Of a stretch of 47,797 nt of DNA, positions 1 through 9,285 are shown piece by piece. The translations under genes were made by a program, and so were the position numbers. Every line of letters begins with the position of its first letter. The first letter of the stretch is position 1. Where the stretch lies: positions 1 through 47,797 of the forward strand of contig JAFGDM010000081.1 of NCBI GenBank assembly GCA_016932115.1. The letters run 5' to 3'. A model generated the notes under the pieces. The model had not been told where the DNA came from. It did no database searches and saw nothing but the letters and a program-made list of their open reading frames with translations. This DNA comes from Deltaproteobacteria bacterium. Lineage in GTDB: Bacteria; Desulfobacterota; DSM-4660; Desulfatiglandales; HGW-15.

Positions 1-38
1 CTCCGCCCGCCTCACCCGTTGCCCGAAGCATAACACGG

Positions 39-126
39 CGATGTGGCTTCTTCGTTTTTGAGTTTTAAGAGGGACCCCCATGCTCGGGGCCGCCGACTTC
101 GGCATTTCAAACAGCTAAATTGTTAC
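39..126 (+). repeat. Copy A of an 88-nt intergenic repeat (partner at 23247-23334)
   Basis: Ungapped hand alignment with 23247-23334 gives about 79/88 identical bases in the same orientation. Contains an imperfect hairpin, ATGCTCGGGGCCGCCGACTTCGGCAT, at 80-105. Confidence 0.7.
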
Positions 127-324
127 AAAAACCCTATGTGTTCCAGTCATCCTGTTTATCACCACGGAAGCATCGGATACGAGGAACCCGGTTGCCCAAT
201 TGTATATCACCGGTCACAGACACTCGGAATTTCTAAACCCATTTCAAATAATAAACAATAATTTTTCCCTTTCAACCTCTCAATTGCCTTATTACGCTCT
301 TAAAAACCGGCTGCCCACTTAGCC

Positions 325-353
325 TTGACACAGAAGAAATCTTTCTCTATAGT
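325..353 (+). promoter_or_regulatory. sigma70-type promoter upstream of the dsrE-like gene
   Basis: TTGACA (325-330), 17-nt spacer, TATAGT (348-353). Lies about 130 nt upstream of ATG 484. Confidence 0.5.
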
Positions 354-483
354 CCCACCCTAACCGAAGGAAATGCCCAACCACTCGGCATTTTGAAATC
401 GCCATGGCGGAGGACTCCCTAGAGGTTCTACAGAAGCTTTACTCCTTAGGAAGAAATGATTTTGCCGGGGGCAACCAAATTTA

Positions 484-861
484 ATGGGAAAATACCTGAT
501 AATCGTTAACAATGGCCCTGAAGATCCAAACAGAGCAACGGTACCTTTTCTTACCGCCAGGGCATTGGTAGAAAAAGGGCACGAGGTGGCTATTTGGCTT
601 TTTAACAACTCGGTCTATCTAGCATTCGAGGGCGTTGCAGAAAATGTTCAGGCTCCGGGCCTGCCTAATCTTGAGGACTTGATGCTTTTCCTTAGCATAA
701 CCAAGAAAATCCCCATTTTCATTGGAACGGCGTGCGCTATGGGACGGGGGCTGGTGAATGAAAATCACGAAGCCTCTGTCACTTTTTTTTGCGGTGAGCT
801 TGGTATGCCTTCCCAATTAGCCGATCTCATTGTAGAGGCTGACAATGTAATCGGCTTTTAG
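484..861 (+). CDS. DsrE/DsrF-like sulfur-relay family protein
   Basis: 125-aa ORF. The MGKYLIIVNNGPEDPNRATVPFLTARALVEKGHEV... start and the conserved-Cys segment IGTACAMGRG are typical of the DsrE fold. Called from motif memory. Confidence 0.65.
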   Translation: MGKYLIIVNNGPEDPNRATVPFLTARALVEKGHEVAIWLFNNSVYLAFEGVAENVQAPGLPNLEDLMLFLSITKKIPIFIGTACAMGRGLVNENHEASVTFFCGELGMPSQLADLIVEADNVIGF

Positions 862-1008
862 CTCTTTTCGGAAAAATAGTGTTTTGTCATTCTCAGCAGA
901 ATTTTGCCGGTTGACTTTGCCTTAAAAACAAGTTATGAGATCGCATATTATTGTTATAATAACTTTTTATCCACTGTTTCCGTCAGCTACAAGGAGTTGA
1001 AGGAGGAA

Positions 1009-2307
1009 ATGCCTATGGCAGATGAAGCGTTGGAGTTGAGCGAACTTAAAGGAGAATTCAGGAAGAAAGTCAATGAGCTTTTACCTGAGGGAAATCTGAA
1101 TCTCTGCTTCACCTGTGGTACCTGTGCCAGCGGTTGTCCGGCTACCGGACTCGAGAACATGGACCCAAGAAAATTTGTCAGGATGATAGCGCTGGGTCTT
1201 GATGATGAGGTAACGAGCACACCCTGGGTGTGGATGTGCAGCATGTGTCAGCGTTGTATCTATGCCTGCCCCATGAATGTTGATATCCCCCGGATGGTAT
1301 ACCTTGCTCGCCAGGCATGGCCGCGTGAGGAAAGGCCTAAAGGGATCCTCGGTTCATGCGATATGGCTCTCAGGAACGACAGTTGCAGCGCCATGGGAGC
1401 GTCGCCTGAGGATTTTCAGTTTGTTGTAGAAGACGTGGCGGAGGAAGTTAGAGAAAACCATCCCGGATTCGAGACGCTCCAGGCCCCGATAGACAAAGAG
1501 GGCGCTTATTTTTTTCTCAACCAGAATTCAAGAGAGCCGGTGACGGAGCCGGATGAAATGATCCCTCTGTGGAAGATTCTCCACCTTGCCGGAGCAGACT
1601 GGACCTATGGCTCCAAGGGGTGGGGCGGAGAAAACTACTGTATGTTTCTGGCTGATAGTGATGCCTGGGAACACATCGTTCGTACGAGCATAAAGCAGGC
1701 CGAAGATCTAGGGTGTAAGGTTTATCTCAATACCGAGTGAGGCCACGTGACCTTCGCAGTCCTGGAAGGACTGAAAAAATTTGGAATCAAGACCGACCTG
1801 GAAATTGCAAGCATTTATCAATACTATGCCAAATGGATCAGGGAGGGAAAATTAAAGGTTAATTCGGACTGGAACAAAGATCTAAAGATAAAATTCACGG
1901 TTCAGGATCCGTGTCAGATCGTCCGAAAAAGCTATGGTGACCCTGTAGCGGAAGATTTACGCTATGTTGTCAGATCCGTTGTCGGGGATGAAAATTTTAT
2001 TGATATGACACCTAACAGGTCCAACAATTATTGTTGTGGTGGTGGCGGTGGATATCTGCAATCCGGTTATGTTGAAGCACGTCATCAGTATGGGAAGGTC
2101 AAATTTGACCAGATCGTTGCTACAGGGGCCGATTATTGCGTTGCCGCATGCCATAACTGTCACGCCCAGATTCATGATCTGGCGGAGCATTTTGAAGGTA
2201 AATACCATACTGTCCACCTGTGGACTTTGATTTGCCTCGCCATGGGAGTTCTAGGTGAAAACGAGCGTACATATTTGGGTCCCGATCTGGCGGAGGTGGG
2301 GCTCTGA
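1009..2307 (+). CDS. HdrD/GlpC-like Fe-S oxidoreductase (ferredoxin domain plus two cysteine-rich CCG-type domains), read through in-frame UGA 1738-1740 as selenocysteine
   Basis: Track ORFs 904-1740 and 1747-2307 share one frame and are separated only by TGA-GGC-CAC. The N part has CFTCGTCASGCP and CSMCQRCIYACP. The C part has DPC...NNYCCGGGGGY. The likely start is ATG 1009 or 1015, after AGGAGG at 1001-1006. A hairpin begins 16 nt after the UGA. Confidence 0.75.
1757..1773 (+). promoter_or_regulatory. Putative bacterial SECIS hairpin for UGA 1738
   Basis: CAGTCC-TGGAA-GGACTG: 6-bp stem and 5-nt loop, starting 16 nt after the UGA. Confidence 0.55.
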
Positions 2308-2337
2308 GTTTGATACCGATAGGCTTTTCATAGTTAA

Positions 2338-2366
2338 ATCCCGCCCTGTTCAGGCGGGATTTTTTT
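2338..2366 (+). terminator. Rho-independent terminator, possibly bidirectional, between the convergent operons
   Basis: ATCCCGCC-CTGTTCA-GGCGGGAT followed by TTTTTT, with an A-run on the 5' side. Confidence 0.7.
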
Positions 2367-2471
2367 CGGCTACAGGTTCCCTGAGAAATAAAGGGTAAGA
2401 GCCATGTGAAAGCGACCCCCCGGGCCTGATGCCGGCGGTTTTTTCAAAAAGCTGAAACGTTACCCCGCTTT

Positions 2472-3314
2472 TTAATACTCCGGCGGCATCCGCTTGAGCT
2501 GAGCCAAGGAAAAAACCGGCCCATCTTTGCACACATACTGATCTCCAATGTTGCACCGTCCGCAAATGCCGATTCCGCACTTCATGCGCATTTCCAGGGA
2601 TAGAATGATTTTCTCCGCGGGGAACCCCAGTTTTTCCAGCACGGGCTGGGTAAACTTGATCATGATCGGCGGCCCGCACACAATGGCAAAGGCGTCATCC
2701 GCGCTCTTGATTTTTTGCTCTGTAACCGTGGGGACGAACCCTACGTTGTATTTCCAGTTTGGATCATCGGTGGCGTCCACGGTGATGTGCATGTTGATGT
2801 CGTCGCGCTGTTCCCATGCTGCGAGTTCATCCTTGTATAAAAGCATGCCGGGGTTCCGGGCTCCATACACAACGGTTATATCCTTGAATCGCGGCCGGTT
2901 GTCCGGGTGGATCATATAGACAATGCTGGAGCGCAGGGTGGTGAAGGCAAAACCGCCCCCTATAATCACCACGTTTTTCCCTTCCATCTCCTCCCAGGGA
3001 TACCAATTTCCCAAGGGGCCGCGAATGCCCATCACCTCTCCCTCTTTCATGTTGTGGAGATAATTAGTTACCTGACCGACCTTATTCACCGTGAAGGTGA
3101 CAACCCCCCCCTCCGTAGGGGAAGAAGCAATACCGATGGGGATCTCGCCTTTTCCGGCAATGGAAAGCTCCGCAAACTGGCCCGGAATATAGGAAAACTT
3201 TTTTTCATCTTCCGGATCCAGAAAAACGAACCTGAAGGTTTTCAAATTTCGGTCTTCAGTCTCCGTGGTAATCTGATCGATACGAACAGGATAAGGCAAA
3301 TAAGGGTTGTGCAT
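2472..3314 (-). CDS. FAD/NAD(P)H-binding oxidoreductase with C-terminal [2Fe-2S] (FlxA / sulfhydrogenase gamma / AsrB / PyrK-like)
   Basis: 280 aa. The start resembles a ferredoxin-reductase-type barrel. There is a GGGFAF nucleotide-binding stretch and a C-terminal MKCGIGICGRCNIG...CKDGP cysteine cluster. Confidence 0.75.
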   Translation of the reverse strand: MHNPYLPYPVRIDQITTETEDRNLKTFRFVFLDPEDEKKFSYIPGQFAELSIAGKGEIPIGIASSPTEGGVVTFTVNKVGQVTNYLHNMKEGEVMGIRGPLGNWYPWEEMEGKNVVIIGGGFAFTTLRSSIVYMIHPDNRPRFKDITVVYGARNPGMLLYKDELAAWEQRDDINMHITVDATDDPNWKYNVGFVPTVTEQKIKSADDAFAIVCGPPIMIKFTQPVLEKLGFPAEKIILSLEMRMKCGIGICGRCNIGDQYVCKDGPVFSLAQLKRMPPEY

Positions 3315-3401
3315 GAAGCTAATACTCCTTTTTCAGGTTGGACTCTTGGAGGGAATCTTTTTTAGCCATTGCTTCCTCCAATGCTCCGCTGTTCCTCTTC
3401 T

Positions 3402-4439
3402 TCAATACCCGTTCATCAATCCAAACACTTCTCGAATATCGATATTAACGGGGCAGAACTGAACACATCGGCCGCAACCGACACATGCCACGCCGTTTTC
3501 GTACTTGTCCACGTAATATTTCAGCTTGTGCATGAAACGTTGTCTGACCCTTTGGAGTTTTTTGTCTCGGGGATTGTGACCTGATCCGTGAAGGGTGAAA
3601 ATCGGAAACATGCATGCGTCCCAGTTGCGTATCCTGTCTCCTTCTTTGCCGCAGGTTTCATCCTGGATGTCGAAACACCAACAGGTCGGGCAGAGGTAGG
3701 TGCAGGTTCCACAGTTGATGCAGGCAAAGGAGATCCTTTCCCAGAAGTGGGCGCTGAATAACTCATTCACGACCTTGTCTTTAAGACGATCGGTGGGTAC
3801 AGTGGAGGAAATTTTTTTCTCCGAGCCTTTGGCCAGCTCCTGCGCCTGCTTGAGGACGGTGCCGTCCGCTTTCTTTCCGCTTTTGAGCGCTCCCAGAAGA
3901 GCTTCGCCTTTGGTCGTGAGGCTCTTTACCAGAAAACGATCGCCCAGATCCACCATGAGCGCATCCAGCCCTTTCTCGCAGAATGGGCCGCTTCCAACGG
4001 ATGTGCAAAAGCAGGACGCGCAAGGCTCGTTGCAGCCAAAGCCGACAATTGTGGTCGCATTCATTCGCTGAATCCACCAGGGATCACGGTATTGGGGGTT
4101 GTCGAAATTGATGCGAACCAACTGGAAGGCAAGGGCGTCGCAGGGCCGGATTCCCACAATGGCCTGCGTTGAGAAATCTTTGGGTGTTTCCTTGATGATG
4201 TGGGCGTCTTCTTTGCTATCATCCAAAGAGTATTCGAACATCCGCTCCGATTGAGGGAAAATTATGCTTTTCGCAGAGAGCCTTGTGTTCTGGAAGTCGA
4301 AACTCGGTTTGGCGCCGTTTTTCAGCGGCCTGAAATTGTGGAAGTCCCCTTCTTTTACGGGTACAAAAACCTTATAAGCGCTTTGCAGCTCTTTAAGTGC
4401 CTCGGTCCATTCTTCCTTGGTAAATGATTTCTCAAGCAT
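3402..4439 (-). CDS. 4Fe-4S dicluster protein, FlxB / sulfhydrogenase beta / AsrA-like
   Basis: 345 aa with CINCGTCTYLCPTCWCFD and CVGCGRCVQFCPVNIDI motifs. Confidence 0.7.
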   Translation of the reverse strand: MLEKSFTKEEWTEALKELQSAYKVFVPVKEGDFHNFRPLKNGAKPSFDFQNTRLSAKSIIFPQSERMFEYSLDDSKEDAHIIKETPKDFSTQAIVGIRPCDALAFQLVRINFDNPQYRDPWWIQRMNATTIVGFGCNEPCASCFCTSVGSGPFCEKGLDALMVDLGDRFLVKSLTTKGEALLGALKSGKKADGTVLKQAQELAKGSEKKISSTVPTDRLKDKVVNELFSAHFWERISFACINCGTCTYLCPTCWCFDIQDETCGKEGDRIRNWDACMFPIFTLHGSGHNPRDKKLQRVRQRFMHKLKYYVDKYENGVACVGCGRCVQFCPVNIDIREVFGLMNGY

Positions 4440-4551
4440 AGTGCTTATCCTAATGACTTTTTGAGGACGCTAAAAACGACACACGGTACAGCCTGCTCAA
4501 CGGAAGTAGTCTCTGTTTCTAAGACCGAGCGGCATAAGACAGAGCACCGTG

Positions 4552-5502
4552 TCATTTTACAAACTCATTGTAATCGTCCACCCGGTAAACATCGAGGGGC
4601 GGCCGCTGATCGGCACGAACGCCCGCTTCCCACCCGAAGTACTCGAAGACATCCTTGTTGAGTTTCTTGGTGAACTGCCTCATCGGTATACCGACCGGGC
4701 AAACCCTTTCACAGGCACCACAGTCGGTGCATCGTCCCGCGCAGTGGTATGCTCGCAGGAAGTGGAAGGTCATGGTATCCACAGGATCAATGCTTTTTCC
4801 TACCCATTGGGGACGGGATTCATCCACAAAACAGGTGGGGCAGTAACAAAGGGGACAGGCGTTCCTGCATGCATAGCAGCGGATGCAGGATGCAATGAGC
4901 TGAGTGAAAAATTGACGTTTTTCATCAGCACTCTTTTTTTCAATACCCTCCACGTCCTTGAAGGGGTTGACCCCTTCCAATTCCGGCACCGGATCGGCGA
5001 CCATCTCGTCGTATTCCACCGGGTTGCGATGGACGCATACGGCGCAATTGGTTCTCAGGAAATCCTTTTTTTGGAAAACTTCCTGGAAACCCTTTCCGCT
5101 CACTGTGAATGATTCGCCTTCTTCTCCCACTTCCAGAATTTCCCGATTTCCCACGGCCCTTTTCACGGCCCGATGATCAATGATACCCCTGCAGGGTATC
5201 CCGACGATATAGAGCTGTTCTCGCTTGATCTGGTTTTCAATGATATGGGTCACGATGTTGCGGGAGTTGCAGCCGTTCGCCACGAGGCCGATACGGTCGG
5301 TGCGCCCGGTCAGGTAGTTACAAAGATTCAGCCCGCAATGGCTGTCCCAATGCAGAAAGTCCACTTCGGCTGGATCCTTAATCAGCACAGGCTCATTCAT
5401 CATGGCCACAGTGCCTTTCCTGTACCCGATAAAAACATCCACCGTGCCTTTTTCCAAAAGCTTTCGAGCGATCTCTCTGATTTTCCGGGTATATTCAAAC
5501 AT
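4552..5502 (-). CDS. Fe-S protein, FlxC-like (paralog of the 41759-42886 product)
   Basis: 316 aa with CIRCYACRNACPLCYCPTCF and CTDCGACERVCPVGIPM. Its start ATG overlaps the mvhD stop (TAATG at 5500-5504). Confidence 0.6.
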   Translation of the reverse strand: MFEYTRKIREIARKLLEKGTVDVFIGYRKGTVAMMNEPVLIKDPAEVDFLHWDSHCGLNLCNYLTGRTDRIGLVANGCNSRNIVTHIIENQIKREQLYIVGIPCRGIIDHRAVKRAVGNREILEVGEEGESFTVSGKGFQEVFQKKDFLRTNCAVCVHRNPVEYDEMVADPVPELEGVNPFKDVEGIEKKSADEKRQFFTQLIASCIRCYACRNACPLCYCPTCFVDESRPQWVGKSIDPVDTMTFHFLRAYHCAGRCTDCGACERVCPVGIPMRQFTKKLNKDVFEYFGWEAGVRADQRPPLDVYRVDDYNEFVK

Positions 5503-5939
5503 TACGCCACCTCAGCTCTTTTCTTGACAAGATAGGCCGCAGGCCCGGCGTCTTTGACCGAATGGAAGATTTCTGTCGCCACCTCCACGAATTTGGTAGC
5601 TTCAGCGGAGGAAATCCAGGAAAAATGAAGCCTTCCCGGCTCCAGTCCGATATGTTCCAGAAGGTTTTTGAGGAGAGCGAACTTGCGTCTTGCGTAATAA
5701 TTACCTTCCAGGTAATGGCAGTCTCCGGGGTGTCACCCGGAAACCCACACCCCGTCGGCACCGTGCCGGAAAGCGGCCAGGATGAGTTTGGGGCTTACCC
5801 GGGCGGAGCAGGGCACGCGAATGACACGGATATTGGAAGGGTACTGCAAACGGCTGACTCCGGCCAGGTCCGCCGCTCCGTAACTGCACCAGTTGCAAAG
5901 GAATGCGGTAATTTTCGGCTGCCAATCGTTCATGGGCAT
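5502..5939 (-). CDS. mvhD: MvhD/FlxD-type [2Fe-2S] protein, selenocysteine form (UGA at 5735-5733)
   Basis: Track ORF 5733-5939 ends ...[12 protein letters not shown]. Hand translation continues in frame as [44 protein letters not shown]... to TAA at 5504-5502. The Cys paralog at 41309 reads [28 protein letters not shown], which places the UGA exactly on a conserved Cys. Confidence 0.85.
5700..5716 (-). promoter_or_regulatory. Putative bacterial SECIS hairpin for UGA 5735-5733
   Basis: Minus strand ATTACC-TGGAA-GGTAAT: 6-bp stem and 5-nt loop, starting 16 nt after the UGA. Confidence 0.55.
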
Positions 5940-6029
5940 TCACTCCGTTTTATCGATTTCCGGTTTTCTATCTTGGAACCTCTCTTTTCCTATGAGCTTC
6001 CGCCACGAGCCTTAGGCCTTGAGGCGTTT

Positions 6030-9000
6030 TCACATTTCATTGATCATCGCCATGATCTGTCCTTCCTCAAAGCCTTTGAGGTTGAGAGCCCCGGAGCGGC
6101 AAGAAGAGACGCAAAGTCCGCAGCCCTTGCAAAGGACGGGGTTGATTTCCGCCTTTCCCGCAAAAGGGCCTTTTGGAATAAAAGACGGAGCGGAGTAAGG
6201 GCAGATCTCCACGCACACGCCGCAGCTACTGCAGACCGCCGGATTGGCGTAAGCAACCATGCCGCTTACGGAGATGTTCTTTCTGGCCAAAAGGGTGACG
6301 GCCCTGGAAGCGGCGGCTTGGGCCTGCGCCACCGACTCGTCGATGGGTTTCGGGTAGTGAGCCATTCCGCAAAGAAAAACGCCGTCCGTGGCAAACTGTG
6401 AGGGGCCTAGCTTCGCATGGGCTTCCACAAAGAATCCGTCCTCGCTCATGGGCACTTTGAAGAATTGGGCCAGTTTTTCGTCCTTGTAGGGAACGATGGC
6501 CGAAGCCAGGGTGAGCAGATCCGCCATGACTATGACAGGGCGCTGCAGCACATGATCCATCACCTCAATCTCGATGCCTTCCTTGCCGACTGTAACCCTC
6601 GGCTTTTGAGCACGGGAGAAGCGGATGAAAATGACGCCCGCTTCTCGCGCAGCTCTGTATAGGAGTTCGCGCTCCCCATAGGTGCGGATGTCCCGATTGA
6701 GAATGTACACGTCCATACCCGGGTTGATTTCCTTGAGATGGAGGGCGCTACCTATGGAGTGGGTGCAGCAGACCCTCGAACAGTAAGGCCTTTCCGGCTC
6801 CCGGGATCCCACGCACTGGATGAATACGGCACACTTGATGCGTTTAAGGGATGAATCTTGATCGATAAACTTGCGGTCCAGTTCCTGGTGCGTGAGGATC
6901 CGGGGATCTTTGCCGTAGAGATATTCCTCGGGTTTGTGTTCGTAGCATCCGGTAGCCAGCACCGCAATTCCGTGTTCGAGGGTCCCCTTTGTACCGCCGG
7001 CTTTAAAGGTGGATTTGAAGTTGCCCACAAAGCCCTCAACCTGCGTTAGCTCGGCGCCAAGATGGGTCTCGATATTTTTGTCACCCTGCACCGATGTAAC
7101 AAGGGTTTTCAGGTTTTCCTGGATATCTTCTCCCTGCCAGGTCTTATACAGGTTGATCGCTTGGCCTCCGAGAACCGGTTCGCGTTCGATAAGATCCACC
7201 TGGTAGCCCTGGTCGCTCAAGGTTTTTGCCGCGGCCATGCCGGATATGCCGCCGCCGATGACCAGGGCTCGCTGGTTGACGTCCAAGGCCGCTTCGGGAA
7301 GGCCTTCCATGAGGGCGACCTTGGCCGTTGCCATGCGCACCAGGTCTTTGGCCTTGACGGTTGCTTTCGAGGGACTTTCCTTATGGACCCACGAATCCTG
7401 GTTGCGGATGTTGGTCATTTCAAATAGATATTTGTTCAGCCCGGCGGCGACAAGGGTTTCCTGGAAAAGAGGCTCATGGGTCTTGGGCGTGCAGGCGGCC
7501 ACCACGATCCGGTTGAGGTTGTTGGCCTTGATCACTTGAGTCATGGCGTCCTGGGTATCCTGGGAGCAGGAGTAAAGGTTGTCCGCCACGTATTCTACAT
7601 AGGGCAAAGTCTTGGCATAGTCACGCACAGCCGGAACATCCACCACACTGCCTATGTTGATTCCACAATGGCACACAAAAACCCCGATCCGGGGTCTTTC
7701 TCCACGGGTGTCCTTTTGTTCGATCACTTCTTTCGTTTTGGTGAGCGTGTTTCTTGCGCTGCTCAGAAGGGCACCGGCCCGGGCGGCCGCAGAGCTCGCT
7801 TCGATAACCGACTGAGGAATGTCCTTGGGACCCTGAAAAGCGCCGCACACGTATATGCCTTCCTTGGATGTGGCCACAGGCGCAAAAGAGCCGGTGCGGC
7901 AAAAATGGGATTCCGTAAGGTCGATGCCGAGCTTTCCTGCCAGCTCCATAACCTCGGGGGAGCTTTCCAACCCGACGGAAAGGACGACCATGTCAAAGGT
8001 TTCTTTGTGAAGCGCACCGTCTTCCGTCGCATACCGGACGCTCAAATCCTCGGTTCCCGGAACCCCCTCGACTGTGTGCACACGGCACCGGATGAACCGA
8101 ACTCCGTGTTTTTCCCTGGCTGCGTCATAGTACCTTTCAAACTCCTTTCCGTGGGTCCGCATGTCCATGTAGAAGATGGCGCACTCCAGATCGGCTCCGG
8201 AATGCTCCTTGGCGATCACCGCTTCTTTGATGGCGTACATGCAGCACACGGAAGAACAGTAAGGGTGATCGGAGGGATGGATCTCCCTGGATCCCACGCA
8301 CTGGAGCCAGGCGATCTTCTTGGGCTCCTTGTGGTCCGACATCCGCGCCAGGTGTCCCATGGTCGGACCGGAAGCCGAAAGAATCCTTTCGAACTCCATG
8401 GATGTTACGACATTTGGAAGCCGGGCATAGTTGTATGTGTCATGCTTCGAGGGGTCGAAAGGCTGGAACCCGGGGGCCAGGATGATAGCGCCTACCTCAA
8501 GTTCGATGATCTCGTCCTTCTGTGTGTAATCGATGGCGCCCACCCCGCAAAACTCCGCGCAGATTTTGCACCCTCCTGTCTTGAAATGCATGCATTTGCT
8601 CCGGTCGATGGCCGGGATATTCGGGATAGCCTGCGCATAAGGGACGTAAATGGGCTTTCGGCCCTTCAGTCCCATATCGTACTCGGAAGGAATTTTCTTT
8701 ACAGCGTGCTTGCTGATGTCTTCCAGTTTGATGTGGCCTGTGGGGCAAACGGAAGCGCAGGCCCCGCAGCCCATACAGTATTCCGTCTGGATATGAAAAG
8801 GGGTGTCCACCTTCATTTCCGTGCCGCGGCCCGTCAGGCTTATGGCCGCATTGCCCATTTTCTCGCAGATCCGAGTGCACAGCCCGCAAAGAATGCAGTC
8901 GTCCTGTTCTTTCTTGAACCTTGGCTCTACGATCCCGTACTTTTTTGCAAGGTTTTTGAGAAGAGGGACATCAGGGCAACGGGCGAAGAGCAGTTCAACA

Positions 9001-9263
9001 ATCAGCTTGCGGCCTTTGCGGACGGCCTCAGAGTCGGTTTTGACCTCCATTCCTTCCCAAATGGGGTAGTTGCAGGCTGTCACAAAACGGGTCCGCCGCC
9101 CGTCAAAAAGCTCGACGGTGCAAAGGCGGCACATCCCGGCAGGCTCCAGGGCCTTGTGATAGCAAAGGGTCGGGATGTCGATCCCGTATTTCTGCGCAAC
9201 CTGCAGGATGTATTGGCCTTCTTCTCCCTGGACGGTCTTCCCATTCATCTTGAACGTAATCAT
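6030..9263 (-). CDS. Fusion protein: NuoG/HndD-type N-terminus ([2Fe-2S] plus 4Fe-4S motifs), then the C-terminal part of one HdrA FAD module, an HdrA N-terminal-type Cys domain, a second complete HdrA FAD module and a 2x[4Fe-4S] ferredoxin domain
   Basis: The real start is most likely MITFKMNGKTVQ at 9263. The track start at 9521 overlaps the nuoF-like gene. Motifs present: CYH...CRLC, CILCGLCTRIC, CMGCGACASVCP, KKIPSEYDMGLKGRKPIY, CVGSREIHPSDHPYCSSVCC, RIGVFVCHCGINIG...VVAACTPKTHE, VIGGGISGMAAA, CVGSREPERPYCSRVCC, CSSCGVCVEICP and CKGCGLCVSSC. Confidence 0.8.
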   Translation of the reverse strand: MITFKMNGKTVQGEEGQYILQVAQKYGIDIPTLCYHKALEPAGMCRLCTVELFDGRRTRFVTACNYPIWEGMEVKTDSEAVRKGRKLIVELLFARCPDVPLLKNLAKKYGIVEPRFKKEQDDCILCGLCTRICEKMGNAAISLTGRGTEMKVDTPFHIQTEYCMGCGACASVCPTGHIKLEDISKHAVKKIPSEYDMGLKGRKPIYVPYAQAIPNIPAIDRSKCMHFKTGGCKICAEFCGVGAIDYTQKDEIIELEVGAIILAPGFQPFDPSKHDTYNYARLPNVVTSMEFERILSASGPTMGHLARMSDHKEPKKIAWLQCVGSREIHPSDHPYCSSVCCMYAIKEAVIAKEHSGADLECAIFYMDMRTHGKEFERYYDAAREKHGVRFIRCRVHTVEGVPGTEDLSVRYATEDGALHKETFDMVVLSVGLESSPEVMELAGKLGIDLTESHFCRTGSFAPVATSKEGIYVCGAFQGPKDIPQSVIEASSAAARAGALLSSARNTLTKTKEVIEQKDTRGERPRIGVFVCHCGINIGSVVDVPAVRDYAKTLPYVEYVADNLYSCSQDTQDAMTQVIKANNLNRIVVAACTPKTHEPLFQETLVAAGLNKYLFEMTNIRNQDSWVHKESPSKATVKAKDLVRMATAKVALMEGLPEAALDVNQRALVIGGGISGMAAAKTLSDQGYQVDLIEREPVLGGQAINLYKTWQGEDIQENLKTLVTSVQGDKNIETHLGAELTQVEGFVGNFKSTFKAGGTKGTLEHGIAVLATGCYEHKPEEYLYGKDPRILTHQELDRKFIDQDSSLKRIKCAVFIQCVGSREPERPYCSRVCCTHSIGSALHLKEINPGMDVYILNRDIRTYGERELLYRAAREAGVIFIRFSRAQKPRVTVGKEGIEIEVMDHVLQRPVIVMADLLTLASAIVPYKDEKLAQFFKVPMSEDGFFVEAHAKLGPSQFATDGVFLCGMAHYPKPIDESVAQAQAAASRAVTLLARKNISVSGMVAYANPAVCSSCGVCVEICPYSAPSFIPKGPFAGKAEINPVLCKGCGLCVSSCRSGALNLKGFEEGQIMAMINEM

Positions 9264-9285
9264 GGGGCAAATCCTTTTCTCTTCC

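Noticed and set aside
43-261. 72-aa ORF at the window start
   Set aside because: It overlaps the 88-nt repeat, and the reading frame is not preserved in the second copy. There is no RBS and no motifs.
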